Shown piece by piece: positions 45,993 through 57,717 of a DNA stretch of 64,000 nucleotides. The notes under the pieces were generated by a model. It was not told the DNA's origin and made no database searches. It saw only the letters and a list, made by a program, of their open reading frames with translations. The DNA comes from Macrostomum hystrix (lineage: Eukaryota; Animalia; Platyhelminthes). Location: the NCBI GenBank assembly GCA_950097015.1, contig CATNEN010000012.1, positions 1,116,001-1,180,000 on the forward strand. The letters are read 5' to 3'. The number at the start of each line of letters is the position of its first letter. Within the stretch, counting starts at the first letter, position 1. The translations under genes and the position numbers were made by a program.

Positions 45993-48049
45993 ATGTTTAA
46001 GAACACATTTCAGAGTGGGTTCCTGTCAGTATTGTATAGTATTGGCAGCAAGCCATTGATGATCTGGGACAAAAAGGTAATTATTTTCGCCTTTTAATTA
46101 CATTTAGAAAGCATTTTAAGTATATGTCTCAATGGATTATGTACCTAAGCTATCAAAAAGTAGACCATCAGTCATTCCCACCACACCTCCCCTAACTGTG
46201 GCAGTCTTGGTCATACACAGTTTATTTTACTTGGTGTTATTAATTCAATTATACAAGCTTATTAAAAATTATCTGGTAATCTATCAATTTAAAAGAAGCA
46301 ATTAAAAACAACAATATCAACATATCTAATAGGCAGAATGTGTAGTTAGTGTGTATTAGCTATTTAAAAAATAACTTCAAAGTTGAATTAACATATCTCA
46401 ATGTTAGCATGAACACATGATGCAGGCTGCAGCCCTTCATAAAAAATCTGGGCACATTACATTAGGCATCTGGGCTAGACCTAGACTTTTTTTCAAGCTA
46501 CATACTATTTATAGCTTTATTATTACTTTCCTAATATATTCTATCAATGTTAAGTAGGCCTGACTACAAAAAGTATGTTATGCAACTTATGCAATGCTAA
46601 AAATAGCTAGCTATGGCCTATACCACTTATCAGTAGAACTTTTCTCAATTTCTCATAGGGCCTACTGATTTGTGTTCAGAGTTTATCTTTGTAATGACTG
46701 CAGTGGCTAGCTATATTTTGCTAATAGCTCAATTTTTATTTATATTACTTATATAGATATTTTTGTCTAAAACAAGTAAATTATATATGAGAAAATGCTG
46801 ATTTACAAATAATGTAAAGCATCAAGTTGCAAAATGCCAAAGTCATTCTGTTTATCAAAAAAGAAACAGATGGCTCATTACCATTTTTAAAGCATAGTCT
46901 TTGAAGTTAAAGCGCTATTTTTGCTTTTATTGGGTTCTATCAAATATTTCTTATTGCAAAGTACTAGAAAAGTTAAGAGTTTAGTTTATTTATGCCAATT
47001 ACAAGCTTTTAACCAAAAGGTACCTTGATTAACCTATTTATCAATGTGCATAGCCAGCTTTTGTATTTTTTATGTAAGTAACTATGTTTCTCTAATTAGT
47101 TGTTAAGGTAACAAGAATATTCAAAATTCAACAACAAAAGTTATTTAGCTTGTTTTTTTTCATTATTACCTTTAGTAGTTTATGGATATATAAGATCATT
47201 TTTCAAATGTTCAAATCATTTTTAGTATTTGCATGCAGCTTATATATTATAAGTAAAATAGCAAATTGATAAGGGTAGGTATTAGCCAAGTCTTGGTTAA
47301 TAAAGTTTACAAAAGCTTACAATGTCAAAATTCCCAGGTGCGCAATGGCCATATCAAGCGTATCACAGACAATGATATCCAATCACTGGTATTGGAAATT
47401 GTTGGCACCAATGTGAGCACAACTTTTATCACCTGCCCGGCTGATCCAACAAAGACTCTAGGCATCAAGCTACCATTCCTTGTGATGATTATCAAGAATT
47501 TGAAAAAGTACTTCACATTTGAAGTTCAGGTGAGTACATTGCTGCATTTATCCTCCCATCTGTTCTGTGACTATGATCCTTTGAAAAAATCCCCACTTTC
47601 TCCATCAGATCCTCGACGACAAGAACGTCAGACGCCGTTTCCGAGCCTCCAACTACCAGAGCACAACGCGAGTGAAGCCGTTCATCTGCACAATGCCGAT
47701 GCGCCTAGACGAGGGCTGGAACCAGATCCAGTTCAATTTGTCAGATTTCACTAGGCGAGCCTACGGCACCAACTACATTGAGACATTGCGCATTCAGGTC
47801 TGTTAAAGAGCTGCTGCCTGCTTATATAGTCCATTGGTTGAAGAGGCCCGTTTCGCTTATCCAACCAACCAGTCGTATCGCTGATTCTCCCAAATCTTGC
47901 AGATTCACGCCAACTGTCGCATTCGCCGCGTGTACTTCTGCGATCGTCTCTACAGCGAAGACGAACTCCCGGCCGAGTTCAAGCTCTACCTGCCCGTGCA
48001 GTCCAAGGGAGACAAGGCGCAGGGCCAGTCGATGGCGCCCAACGCCTGA
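45993..48049 (+). CDS. CFAP20: Cilia- and flagella-associated protein 20 (BUG22/C16orf80), 203 aa; exons 45993-46076, 47338-47529, 47609-47797 and 47903-48049
   Basis: [43 protein letters not shown]...[68 protein letters not shown]...[31 protein letters not shown]; all junctions are GT-AG, phase 0. Confidence 0.98.
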
Positions 48050-49350
48050 TGGTCGGCACAGCACAGATTGATGGCGGCGGGCTTGACAACTTCGATCTCT
48101 CTTTCTCTACGGTTCCCAACAACGTTTCTTTGTCTTGTCTAAACTCTTTCAGAAATTTCCTAATTTTATTTCTTCTGCTAAACTTTGTGTTTCTCAAAAG
48201 ATTCCAGAGCCTTCCCGCTTTTTTATATATTTTAAGATTTACTTCAAATTTGACTAAACGTTGCTTAAGAGCACTTTATACTACTAACTTGACTTGTAAA
48301 GTAGTTTAATATGTGCTTGCGTTACCTTTTTCTTTACCGACTTTAATTGAAAGTTCAAATTAGTGACATTGTACATTACGCAGACTAATTGTGGTTCCTA
48401 ATGTGGATAATTAATAATTAATAAAAGCCATCCAAGTGTATCTGTATTAGTTTTGTTACTTACCTTTGCTTGTTTTGCTAAATTAGGAGAGGCTGACATC
48501 GAAGAGGGGTGGAGATGCAAAATGAACAACTCTACGGACCTTGTTGCTTCACTTCTGCTTTGCAGTGTCCTTAATTTATTGCATTCCTGGGCCTTAGTTA
48601 TCACAGGTTCATTATATGCTTTCCTAATTGGCTTGCGTTGGATAGGCCACGCATGTTATTTTTATTCTTAATAACTGATTTGAGTTTTTGCGCGTCGAAT
48701 ACAGATTGTTAAGCTTTTAGAATGGGTGTGAGTGTATTTGCAAAGTACATACGACACTCCGGGTGAAAAGTTAAATAAATGCTGAAATGGTATGAAATTT
48801 CATTTTTATTACAAAATCGTCGATAACTACGTATTAACCTGTTTCCAGACTTATATATCTCTTTAGACTTTTGACTGTTCAATTCAAAAAATCGCTTGAC
48901 AACGAGTGAGCCAACTTGCTACTGATGAAATAGGTTAGTAGTATGTTGCGCATAATTGCAACTTTTATAAAGTCTTAATTTCTGTGCGCAAAGAATTGAG
49001 ACAATTAAGGATGGATTGAAAATCGAAGTGATTACAGTATCGCAGATCGTGCATGCAAAATTGTGCTGAGCGAACCGGACCGAATGTGCATCTCACATGG
49101 CTTTTCAAAAGTGACACCACAGGTCTTTATAGTTGCCTTGATACTTCCTTGACTTGTTAAATAGGAGCACTTGCACTAGCAAGATTTGACCCACTTCGTG
49201 GCGCACAAACGCTTTCATTTAAATCTCATTATTTCCTAATTTTGCTTGCTGTGTATTTTAACATATAAAAATATATATTAACAACAGTCCAGTAGTTATA
49301 ACACGCCTCGATTAGCAAATCCCCCTTAGAAATAGGCTCCTCCCATGCGT

Positions 49351-49770
49351 GGGGCACGCATAAGAGGGAGGTATTGGGCTGAGAGACAACGCCTGCGCCC
49401 AGCCAATCAGGTGGCGGTGCGGGCCACGCATAAGAGGGAGGTATTGGGCTGAGAGACAACGCCTGCGCCCAGCCAATCAGGTGGCGGCGTGGGGCACGCA
49501 TAAGAGGGAGGTATTGGGCTGAGAGACAACGCCTGCGCCCAGCCAATCAGGTGGCGGTGCGGGGCACGCATAAGAGGGAGGTATTGGGCTGAGAGACAAC
49601 GCCTGCGCCCAGCCAATCAGGTGGCGGTGCGGGGCACGCATAAGAGGGAGGTATTGGGCTGAGAGACAACGCCTGCGCCCAGCCAATCAGGTGGCGGTGC
49701 GGGGCACGCATAAGAGGGAGGTATTGGGCTGACAGACAACGCCTGCGCCCAGCCAATCAGGTGGCGGTGC
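49351..49770. repeat. Six 70-bp GC-rich units, each with an inverted pair of CCAAT boxes
   Basis: Unit GGGGCACGCATAAGAGGGAGGTATTGGGCTGAGAGACAACGCCTGCGCCCAGCCAATCAGGTGGCGGTGC. Confidence 0.97.
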
Positions 49771-50876
49771 GAAGCACACAGAGCGAGGGGACGGAGAGAA
49801 AGGCGAGAGACAAAAGACCGAGCTACCTCAGCTTGAAATCAGCCTGGTGGGCAGCCCGACACTGCCTAACAGCCTCAGAAGCACAGGCACTTGAACTGTA
49901 TCAATAATTTAGTTTGATTTACTGCAAAGTGATCTAAGCTTTGCAAATTCGGGGGGGAACAGCTCATTCGACGACGCATTCCACTACCTATGAGAATTAT
50001 TTAAGCTATTTTATAATTATTTCAATTCAGCTAAGAGACAGAAAGAATTAATGTGATAGTTGAAATTAAATAATATATTCATTAATGCAATACAAAATTC
50101 ATTTATACATATCGAGAAAAAAGCACGATTGTGATCGAAAATTCAAATGTATGCATGTTGGTGGAGGGAATAAAACGTGTTGATTTCTATTCCTTATCCT
50201 CATACTGTATATCGATTCGGAGAATGAAAGCTGTCAGTTAAACGGGAGCAGGCTGTCTATATATGTATAACAATAGGGAAGGCGGTAATTCATGGAGCCA
50301 TATGGCCATGATATACAAAAATGCAGCTGCACACGTGAGCTGTGCTCATTACCCACTTAGCTGTATTATAGCCACCCGCTGCCGCACCCAGCAAACCAGG
50401 CGGACAGGTTCGTGAACTAAAAATAATAGATTAGTAAATGTACAGTATACAAAAGCTCGATAAAAATGCTTTTAAGAGAGACAGAACCGACAATTTATGG
50501 TTGGGCTTATTATGGCCGTTCTCAACCCCCTTCCCCAGAAGCATCGTTTTTGCTTTTGCAGCTGTCTGAATGCGGCTCGGTGTAAACACTTTCTTATTAG
50601 ATTTTTTAACCCTGTGCTCAACTCAACTCTACAGAATAGCTCATATACTGCGGACTAAAAATAGCAGAATGGAAGGCAGCTAAATTGGCCACGGGGGTCA
50701 CGCTGGGAGCTCTAAAGCTACTTGAAGCGTGTGCATATGCAAGTTGCCACACGACAGTTGCAAACACGTGCTTAACCCGAAGCCCGTGCGCGTCTGTCCT
50801 AACTCACTTCTCAATCTCATCTGCCGTAGTCTTGGCCAATGGAAAATAAGCTTCAACTTAGTGGCTCGCCGTCCTT

Positions 50877-50884
50877 TATAAAAT
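50877..50884 (+). promoter_or_regulatory. TATA box of the Cys-rich peptide gene
   Basis: TATAAAAT about 85 nt upstream of ATG 50966; AATAAA at about 51429 downstream of the stop. Confidence 0.5.
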
Positions 50885-50965
50885 AGACACACTGAAACTG
50901 CTTCTGTTCCAAGCCCAGAGCCACCGAGAGTCTGCTATCTGGCTGAATCTTTCCCACGCAAAGGC

Positions 50966-51289
50966 ATGCATCTCCTGGCACTGATTGTCGGCAGCATCTG
51001 CCTGGCCTGGACTGTCAACTCCGCTTTAGGCAGTCCCGTCGAATCGGCTCTAGCCAACAATGAGGAAGTCTCGCCTGAGGTCCGCGGCAAGACTTGCGGC
51101 AGCGCCGGCTGCTGCAAGAGAAGTTTCAGTTTGGTGAGCATGCGCTTCATCTGCGTCAAGTGCTGCCATCTGAAGGTTGGCAAGGTCATCGTACACGGCA
51201 TATGCAGAAGGCATTACTGTCCGTGCAAAGTCTACGGAGTTAATCAATGCGTACCCTGCCACAAGCGGTACAAGTACCACTGTGCTTAA
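50966..51289 (+). CDS. Small secreted cysteine-rich prepropeptide (107 aa): signal peptide, acidic propeptide and 67-aa cationic mature region with 12 Cys
   Basis: Hydrophobic N-terminus MHLLALIVGSICLAWTVNSALG; propeptide ...NNEEVSPEVR; mature GKTCGSAGCCKRSFSLVSMRFICVKCCHLKVGKVIVHGICRRHYCPCKVYGVNQCVPCHKRYKYHCA; TATA box and polyA signal present. Confidence 0.8.
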   Translation: MHLLALIVGSICLAWTVNSALGSPVESALANNEEVSPEVRGKTCGSAGCCKRSFSLVSMRFICVKCCHLKVGKVIVHGICRRHYCPCKVYGVNQCVPCHKRYKYHCA

Positions 51290-52274
51290 TGTCTATGGTC
51301 GAACCTGCGAGACAACAGGTGGCGCGTGTTCAACGCTATGAACTGGCTTATCTGTTCATCCAATTAACTAAAGTTTGCGTTGCGTTGCATGACACCGATT
51401 CGGCTTGATAGTTTTCTTGTTCTTTAAAATAAAACTGTTAATTCTAATGCCATATAACAATAAGGTCGAAATTTGTATTGAATATGAGTCCGTTAAAGCT
51501 CAGGAGCTGTCCTTCAACTAAGTAAACTGACCTAGGACACACACGTTGCCCCAACTTTCTAATTGATAGAAATATCAATTAAGAAGTAGAAAACTCACTT
51601 CAAGTTGTAAAATGCTAAGCAGTCTTTAAACTGTGAAGATACTCACAAAGCTGGTGATAGAAATACACAGTTTTTATCATTTTTAAATATTTTAATAAAC
51701 TGTACCACATGCTAGAAAATTAGCCTAAATTCGACAATTCAGTTGTGTAGTTTCTTTTAAAAGCTGCGTTTATTCAAACAAAAATGTATAAATTTGCACC
51801 GAAAAGTACGAAATATATAGAGTAAAAGTCTGATATGTTGAAAGAATTAATTAATTTTCACCTATGAATTTGACACATAGACAGGTAAGTAAACTAGTTT
51901 GCACAATAATGGAAATAGTTCAGTGCTAAATAAATGAAAAAACTAATAAACGCAAATAGTTTATCAAATAAAAAGCAAATGGACGCAAAATGCAAAAATA
52001 TTAAATGAACAGCGGATAATAACAGAATACAAAATATGTCACAAAGCATCAATGAGCAACTAGAATGCAAGGAATAATCATTTCCTTGTCCATTTAACAA
52101 ATGAGATTTGAGCAAAAATCATTAGTTCGTACATTAGGATAAAATAAGCATCAATTAAAAAAATGTCCTAATTGTAATGTTCTTACTGTGGTAGAAAGGA
52201 CAACTAAACCAAATTATTTGACAAACAGATCAGTAGAAAACTTAAATGATAAATTGATTAGAATAAAGCATTCG

Positions 52275-54335
52275 CTAGAGTCCATCACCGCTACCGCCTC
52301 TATTGGCTGAGCTGCACGAGCTAGATTGCGGCTTGGAGAAGTACCTGGCGATGCTGCCAGCGCCACCTGCGCGCCCACTAGTCGCAGCAGCAGCAGCAGC
52401 GGCAGCAGCAGCGGCAGATCCAGTCAGCTTCTTTGGAAGCTTAATACCTCCGTTGGGCCGACGCGACAGCACTTGCCGAATCTTCGGTCTAATTGGCGAT
52501 TTCGGAGCTGTCGATGCCACCCGACAGGCCAACAGAGCAGCTGACGGAATAGCCACCCGATCGGCGTTGGTCGGCCCAATGACGGCGCGAGGCGGCGGTG
52601 GCGGCGGTAAAGGCTGTAGTGGCTGCTTCCTCTGCTGCTGCTGCGATAGCACCACAACAGACGTGGCGCTGTGGGCTCGCCTGAAAGGATTTAACGGTGT
52701 CCTAGTAGGCGAGGCGACCGCCGACGGCTTCGGGCGCCAGGATAGGGCGATGCCGGAAGTGAAGTCGTCATCCTCGTCTTCGTCTGTATTGTCGTCTAGT
52801 ACAACAACAGGGGTCATTGTAGAATCATCAGTCGGCGGCAGTGAGAGCCTTGACGGTTGCTGCTTCCGCTGTGGCGGCGGCGGCGGCATCGGAGCCTTAG
52901 CGGCCCGATGATGATTATTGTTGTTGACCCTCTGCCGACTGTTGCTGCCGCGAAATACCGGCGAACGCGGCACGCTGTCCTCCTCCTGGGACGAGTCCCA
53001 GCAGTCGACACTGGGATCTGTCTGACAGGCCGCATTGACCAGTTTACCTCCGGACGCAGCTAGATGCATCGTCGGCGTCTGACACTGGCGCATTTTCTTT
53101 AATTCCTCCTGAGCGTATCGCAGCTTGTTCTCAGCTTTTGTGCACCGATTCAGCAGGTTCTGCTTGTCCCGCCTGGTCCGGTCCAGATTGCGGCGCAGCT
53201 GCACGCTGATGATCACCAGTTCGCGCATCGACGCCTGCGTAGCGGCCAGGCCGCCGCATTCGGCTAGCTGGCGCTCGGCCTCCGCGGCGTCGCCTTCAAC
53301 TACCGTGCGCAGGTGCTCGTAGAGTTGCAGAGATTCGCGCAGTTCGCGCACCTCGCGACGATATCGATCGGCATCTCTGGCAGGTGGGGAAGGAAATGCT
53401 CCAGCTGAACGGATCGTATCCGACTAATAGACCAAGGCTGCTGAACCAAAGGGACCTTAACTTAGCTAAGGACGGCCCTTAGAGATAAGACGGGCCTTAG
53501 AGATAAGACGGGCCTTAGAGATAAGACGGGCCTTAGAGATAAGACGGGCCTTAGAGATACGACGGGCCTTAGAGATAGGACGGGCCTTAGAGATAGGACG
53601 GGCCTTAGAGATAGGACGGCCCTTAGGGATAAGACGGCCCTTAGAGATAGGACCAATGGACATAGGTCATCGGGCCTGGACCACAAAGGCGGGTGAAAGC
53701 TGCAATGTCAGTTCAAGTTAATTCATTAGTCGGACCACTTAATAAATTTGTTGCTAAGAACCCGCTAACTTCTACTAAAATCTGTACGAAAAAGTAAGAA
53801 AAAATATCGACCATTCTACTTAAAAAAATCATTACAAGTGTTAGATTTTGTAATATTTTGTAATATAAATATTACCACACCTAGTGGCATCGTCCAACAG
53901 GTTTGAGCAGGCCTGCAACTGGGACACCTGTAGATCGGCAATGTCCAGCCGTTTCTCCAGCCGAACCCGCTCCTGTCTGGCCAGGATCAGCTCGGCGTCG
54001 GACGCTGCTAGCCGAAGCTCGGCGGCTTCGCGCAGCTCTTGCTCGGATCGCAGCCGGCCAGACAGTTCGTCCAGGCGAACCCGCAGCTCAGCTGCTGAGT
54101 CGCTGCCGCCAGCGCTGATGCTGCAGTCGAGCGTAGAGTCCTCGCTGGAGAAGAACAGGCGCAGTGGGCCGGGCCTGGCGGGCACGCGGACTCGACAGAG
54201 TGGACAGCAAGGCGACGTGGCCAGCCAGGTGTCAGCGCAGGCCTGGTGAAACACGTGGCCGCATGACAGGGCGCAACAGCTGCTGCTAGAACATGGGACA
54301 GTGTCTCGACACACTGAACAGGAGTAGGCCACCAT
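52275..54335 (-). CDS. TRAIP: TRAF-interacting protein (TRAIP/NOPO) RING E3 ligase, about 518 aa; exons 54335-53881 and 53376-52275
   Basis: N-terminal RING-H2 (CSVC...CGHVFHQAC...CPLC) followed by RLFF as in TRAIP, then a coiled coil and LQLYEHLRTVVEG...ELVIISVQLRR. The low-complexity C-terminus carries a PIP-like SIARYFSK. The phase-2 GT-AG junction gives 1557 nt in total. Confidence 0.8.
53472..53651. repeat. 18-bp minisatellite GACGGGCCTTAGAGATAA, about 10 copies, in the TRAIP intron
   Basis: Direct periodicity of 18. Confidence 0.93.
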
Positions 54336-55946
54336 AGCCAATGGCTGCTGGGACTGGGAACGGCTCAGGCAAGTATACTTTACTTGCTGCAACAGGACTG
54401 CAATACACATAAGTGGCAATATATTTATATTATATTTTATTATTATTATATACTTATTTTTAATTGAAAATAAGAATAACAAACTTAACACAGTGAATCA
54501 GGCTATAGCAATTCAGGGTGCTTACAAAACTATGCAGTCCATGGACTGGGAGGTAAAACAAGCACCAACATGTATATTCTAGTTTAGATAGACTTAGAAG
54601 TTCAGAAGTTTCATTAGCAAGTATTTTCTACATGATAACTTATCATTGGCTGCCTTACTTTTCTCATTCTCATCTAGTTGTGCATAATAGTTTTTTCCAT
54701 TATAGTACACTTTCTAGGTAGGCCATTTTCAAAGTAAAGTAAGTCAAAAATCTGTTAATAAATTAATATAATTTTTTTAATAACTTGTCTTAAATAGGAG
54801 CTAAAGTTATTTAGATTGTGGCTCCATTTACAAAAATAGTTGTAAAAAAGATTTGCCATTCATTTTATATTCATGGTTTAAGACAAGATATTAAATGTTT
54901 AAAATTATAATCATACATTTTACAGAAGATAATATATTGTCACAAGTATATATTAAAAATACTTAAGGCTTACAGCTTTGGATATAATATAGCATATTTA
55001 ATAAAGCAAGAAAAAAACTACAAAATCCAATAAACTCTATTGTAAAAGTTGAAGACAGTTATAATTATAAATGAGTTAGCCAGCTAGACCAATGCCTATA
55101 GCTATGCCAGGCCTAGTCCTAATACTCTTAACAATAGCTATTATTAATAATAACTAAAATCTGAGTGGCTAGATTTCTTATATATGGAATATGGCCTTAA
55201 AGCTCTCTAGCAGCCACTTCGTAACTAATTTAATCCTTTCAACTCTAACTATTTTAGTCACTGACTTATCAATTTTAAGACAAAAAAGTGCAGTTCATCT
55301 GACCAGAGCTTTTTGGAAGGCTTGCATGTGAATTAAGATTCACCTAGCTAGATACCCTACTCATTTGCATAGCTAAAAATAGGCGATTCCTTCGATTTCC
55401 CGCTCTAATATTATATTATGGCCTAGGACAAATATATGCGAAATCGAATTTAAGACACAGTCAATGAAAATAGTTAGGATTTATATAGAATTCTAAATTT
55501 CCCGATAATATATAATTTTCTATTATATTATTCTACATTTAATGTGCCGTAAAAGCAAGTGCCAACATCGAGCCGATCATGCACTATGATTTCAGAGCTT
55601 AAACACGCGCATGCGTGCACACGCGCTTATTGGACAATTTGAATTGGTGCTATTAGCATCAGCACAAAAATAAAAAGATACCAGCTTTCTACGTAAACAG
55701 AAACATCTTTTAACCTACTTATTGGTTGCTACGTCTTTAGTTCTTTAATACAATAATTATTTTGCTTTAGATACCAAATATCAGGTGTGATATTTTGTAT
55801 GGATTTGTCTTAAATTTATTTACTATCTTCTTACAGTAGAATTATTTCAACCAGTTTTTTGCATTTTTAACATTGTTGCAAATACGAGTGCGCGCTATCA
55901 ACAGTCTGTTTTATTATCAATAATTGTATTGCTAACTACTAAGCAT

Positions 55947-56241
55947 GTAAAAAATCCTGTAAAACAATTTGACTTCGGCAAACGTCGGCAGATTTTCCGA
56001 TGTGCAGCGACGTTCGATGGCAAATCGGATATTTTACATTAAACCGACGTTAAATCGACGTTCGTGGTTTAAGCTGATCATCATGTTTTTTACGAGGCTT
56101 TGAACGCTTCTGAGTAATTTTCGTTTCGTCAGATTTCGTCGGCGTAATGTAAAAGTTCCCATGTTGCCATCAACGTCGCTCGACTTCGGTGACATCTCGG
56201 GAAAGTCAGTCGACGTCGGATTGTTGTACAGGATTTATTAC
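55947..56241. mobile_element. MITE-like element with imperfect TIRs of about 30 bp and internal CGACG/ACGTCG motifs
   Basis: AAATCCTGTAAAACAATTTGACTTCGGC (55952-55979) pairs with GTCGACGTCGGATTGTTGTACAGGATTT (56209-56236); no clear TSD. Confidence 0.65.
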
Positions 56242-57047
56242 CATTAGGATACATACCACTGTAAAGACAAACGACTGAAGATTTTTTTTGACAGAAGACA
56301 GAATTAATTTTTTGACAGCTTTATAGCCTCCAAATTTACTTTTAAGACTTCTTATTTGAAAAATTTAAAGTGTATAGACTCTTTGTAAGCACTAAAGTTA
56401 TGATCCAATCAACAATTAGTTACAGTCAAAATGTGCATGGAGCACATAGCGCATGTGATAATTTTGTTTCCTACAGGAAACAAGGAAATCACAGTTGTTT
56501 TTTGCACACATGTACTACGGTGGCATGGGATATTGCGATTCAGTACAACCTAGCTGTGCCTAGCAGTTCGAAAAAATAAATATTGAACTTCATGTGTGTA
56601 ATTAAAATAACGTCAAGATTAGTTAAAGGAACTCTGCGTAATGCTGTTAGATGCATATGCAGCATATACGTTGTGTCAAAAGTACTGTGAAGATGTGCAA
56701 AATTTTACGGAAATTGAGAGTTTAAACATTTTTGGTAGGGAGTCCTGTGAGATTGTATCGAGGATTGTTTTAAAAAGGATGATACAATTAAGTTAACACT
56801 TGAAAAATCTTTCAATATGTTTATCTTTACTGATAATTATTTAAGGATAGACAGTGTCATGCGTGTTTTCATTCGTCAGCTTGGATTAAATCTTGGACTA
56901 AAACACAATTGATATATAATCAAATTGTCTACGAGGCTTTTATACTAGCCAGCTCACACTAGCTCTAGAAACCCAATTTTCTGAAGAAACATATTTTTGA
57001 TTTCAGACTTTTTGTCTTTTCTTACGGACACAAATTTTTCCACTGCA

Positions 57048-57103
57048 TGGAGTCGAAAATCGAGCCCCTCACCTTCTAAGTCGTGAGTCCGAAACCCCTA
57101 TAA
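57048..57103 (-). mobile_element. Degenerate SINE family B head
   Basis: The minus strand GTTTCGGACTCACGACTTAGAAGGTGAGGGGCTCGATTTTCGACTCC resembles 16108-16151 (GTCGGACTCTCGACTCGAAGGTCCGGGGTTCGATTCCGGATTCC). Confidence 0.5.
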
Positions 57104-57717
57104 GGCGATTGTAGCCTATATGTGATTAGAGGGTCGGACCCTCCAACTTTTTCTACTTTTTTTAATTAAGATAAACTTTGTAGACCTGAGCCAGTCTTGA
57201 CTAGTTAATAGAGCTGGATTCGCAGAAAACCACTATTTTATACGAGCTACGCGTTATTTTTTAATTAGTTTTTTTGGATCGTGAAGTTAACATAAAATTG
57301 GGTCTCGTACGCCCGTAGCTTGCCTATTTTGCGGGCTTGAGTATTTTTTAAGCCTCTAAATTTAAGTCGCTTCATACCACCGGCAGCCGAGTCGAAAAAT
57401 CAAAGGAGGAAAAAGGCAATAGCGAAAATCAATGCCGAGTGCAGTTTTGCAAGTCATGACTGCTCGAGATGCTGGCTTTGTATAGTGCTCAGTTGTTGTA
57501 GCACTCGCGCACTACTCGTTCCAGTCGAATCTCAATGTTTGCAAGCGCTGTTAGCCATTCTGAGGGAAAAATACGATGTTTACTTGCTCGAGTCTATATT
57601 TATTTAATTTAGCTGTACGAGAGTAGCGATCTAATCCCCTTTGGTTGCTTGGCAGCAAGCAGAGGCAAACAAAACTTATGCATTGCTCTGCTTACGCGAT
57701 GCAAAGTTGCTCGAATG

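Noticed and set aside
49155-49871. Solo LTR (TGTTA...TAACA) around the 70-bp CCAAT array
   Set aside because: No 4-6-bp TSD (TGACT versus GCCTC) and no PBS or PPT; the 5-bp terminal match may be chance.
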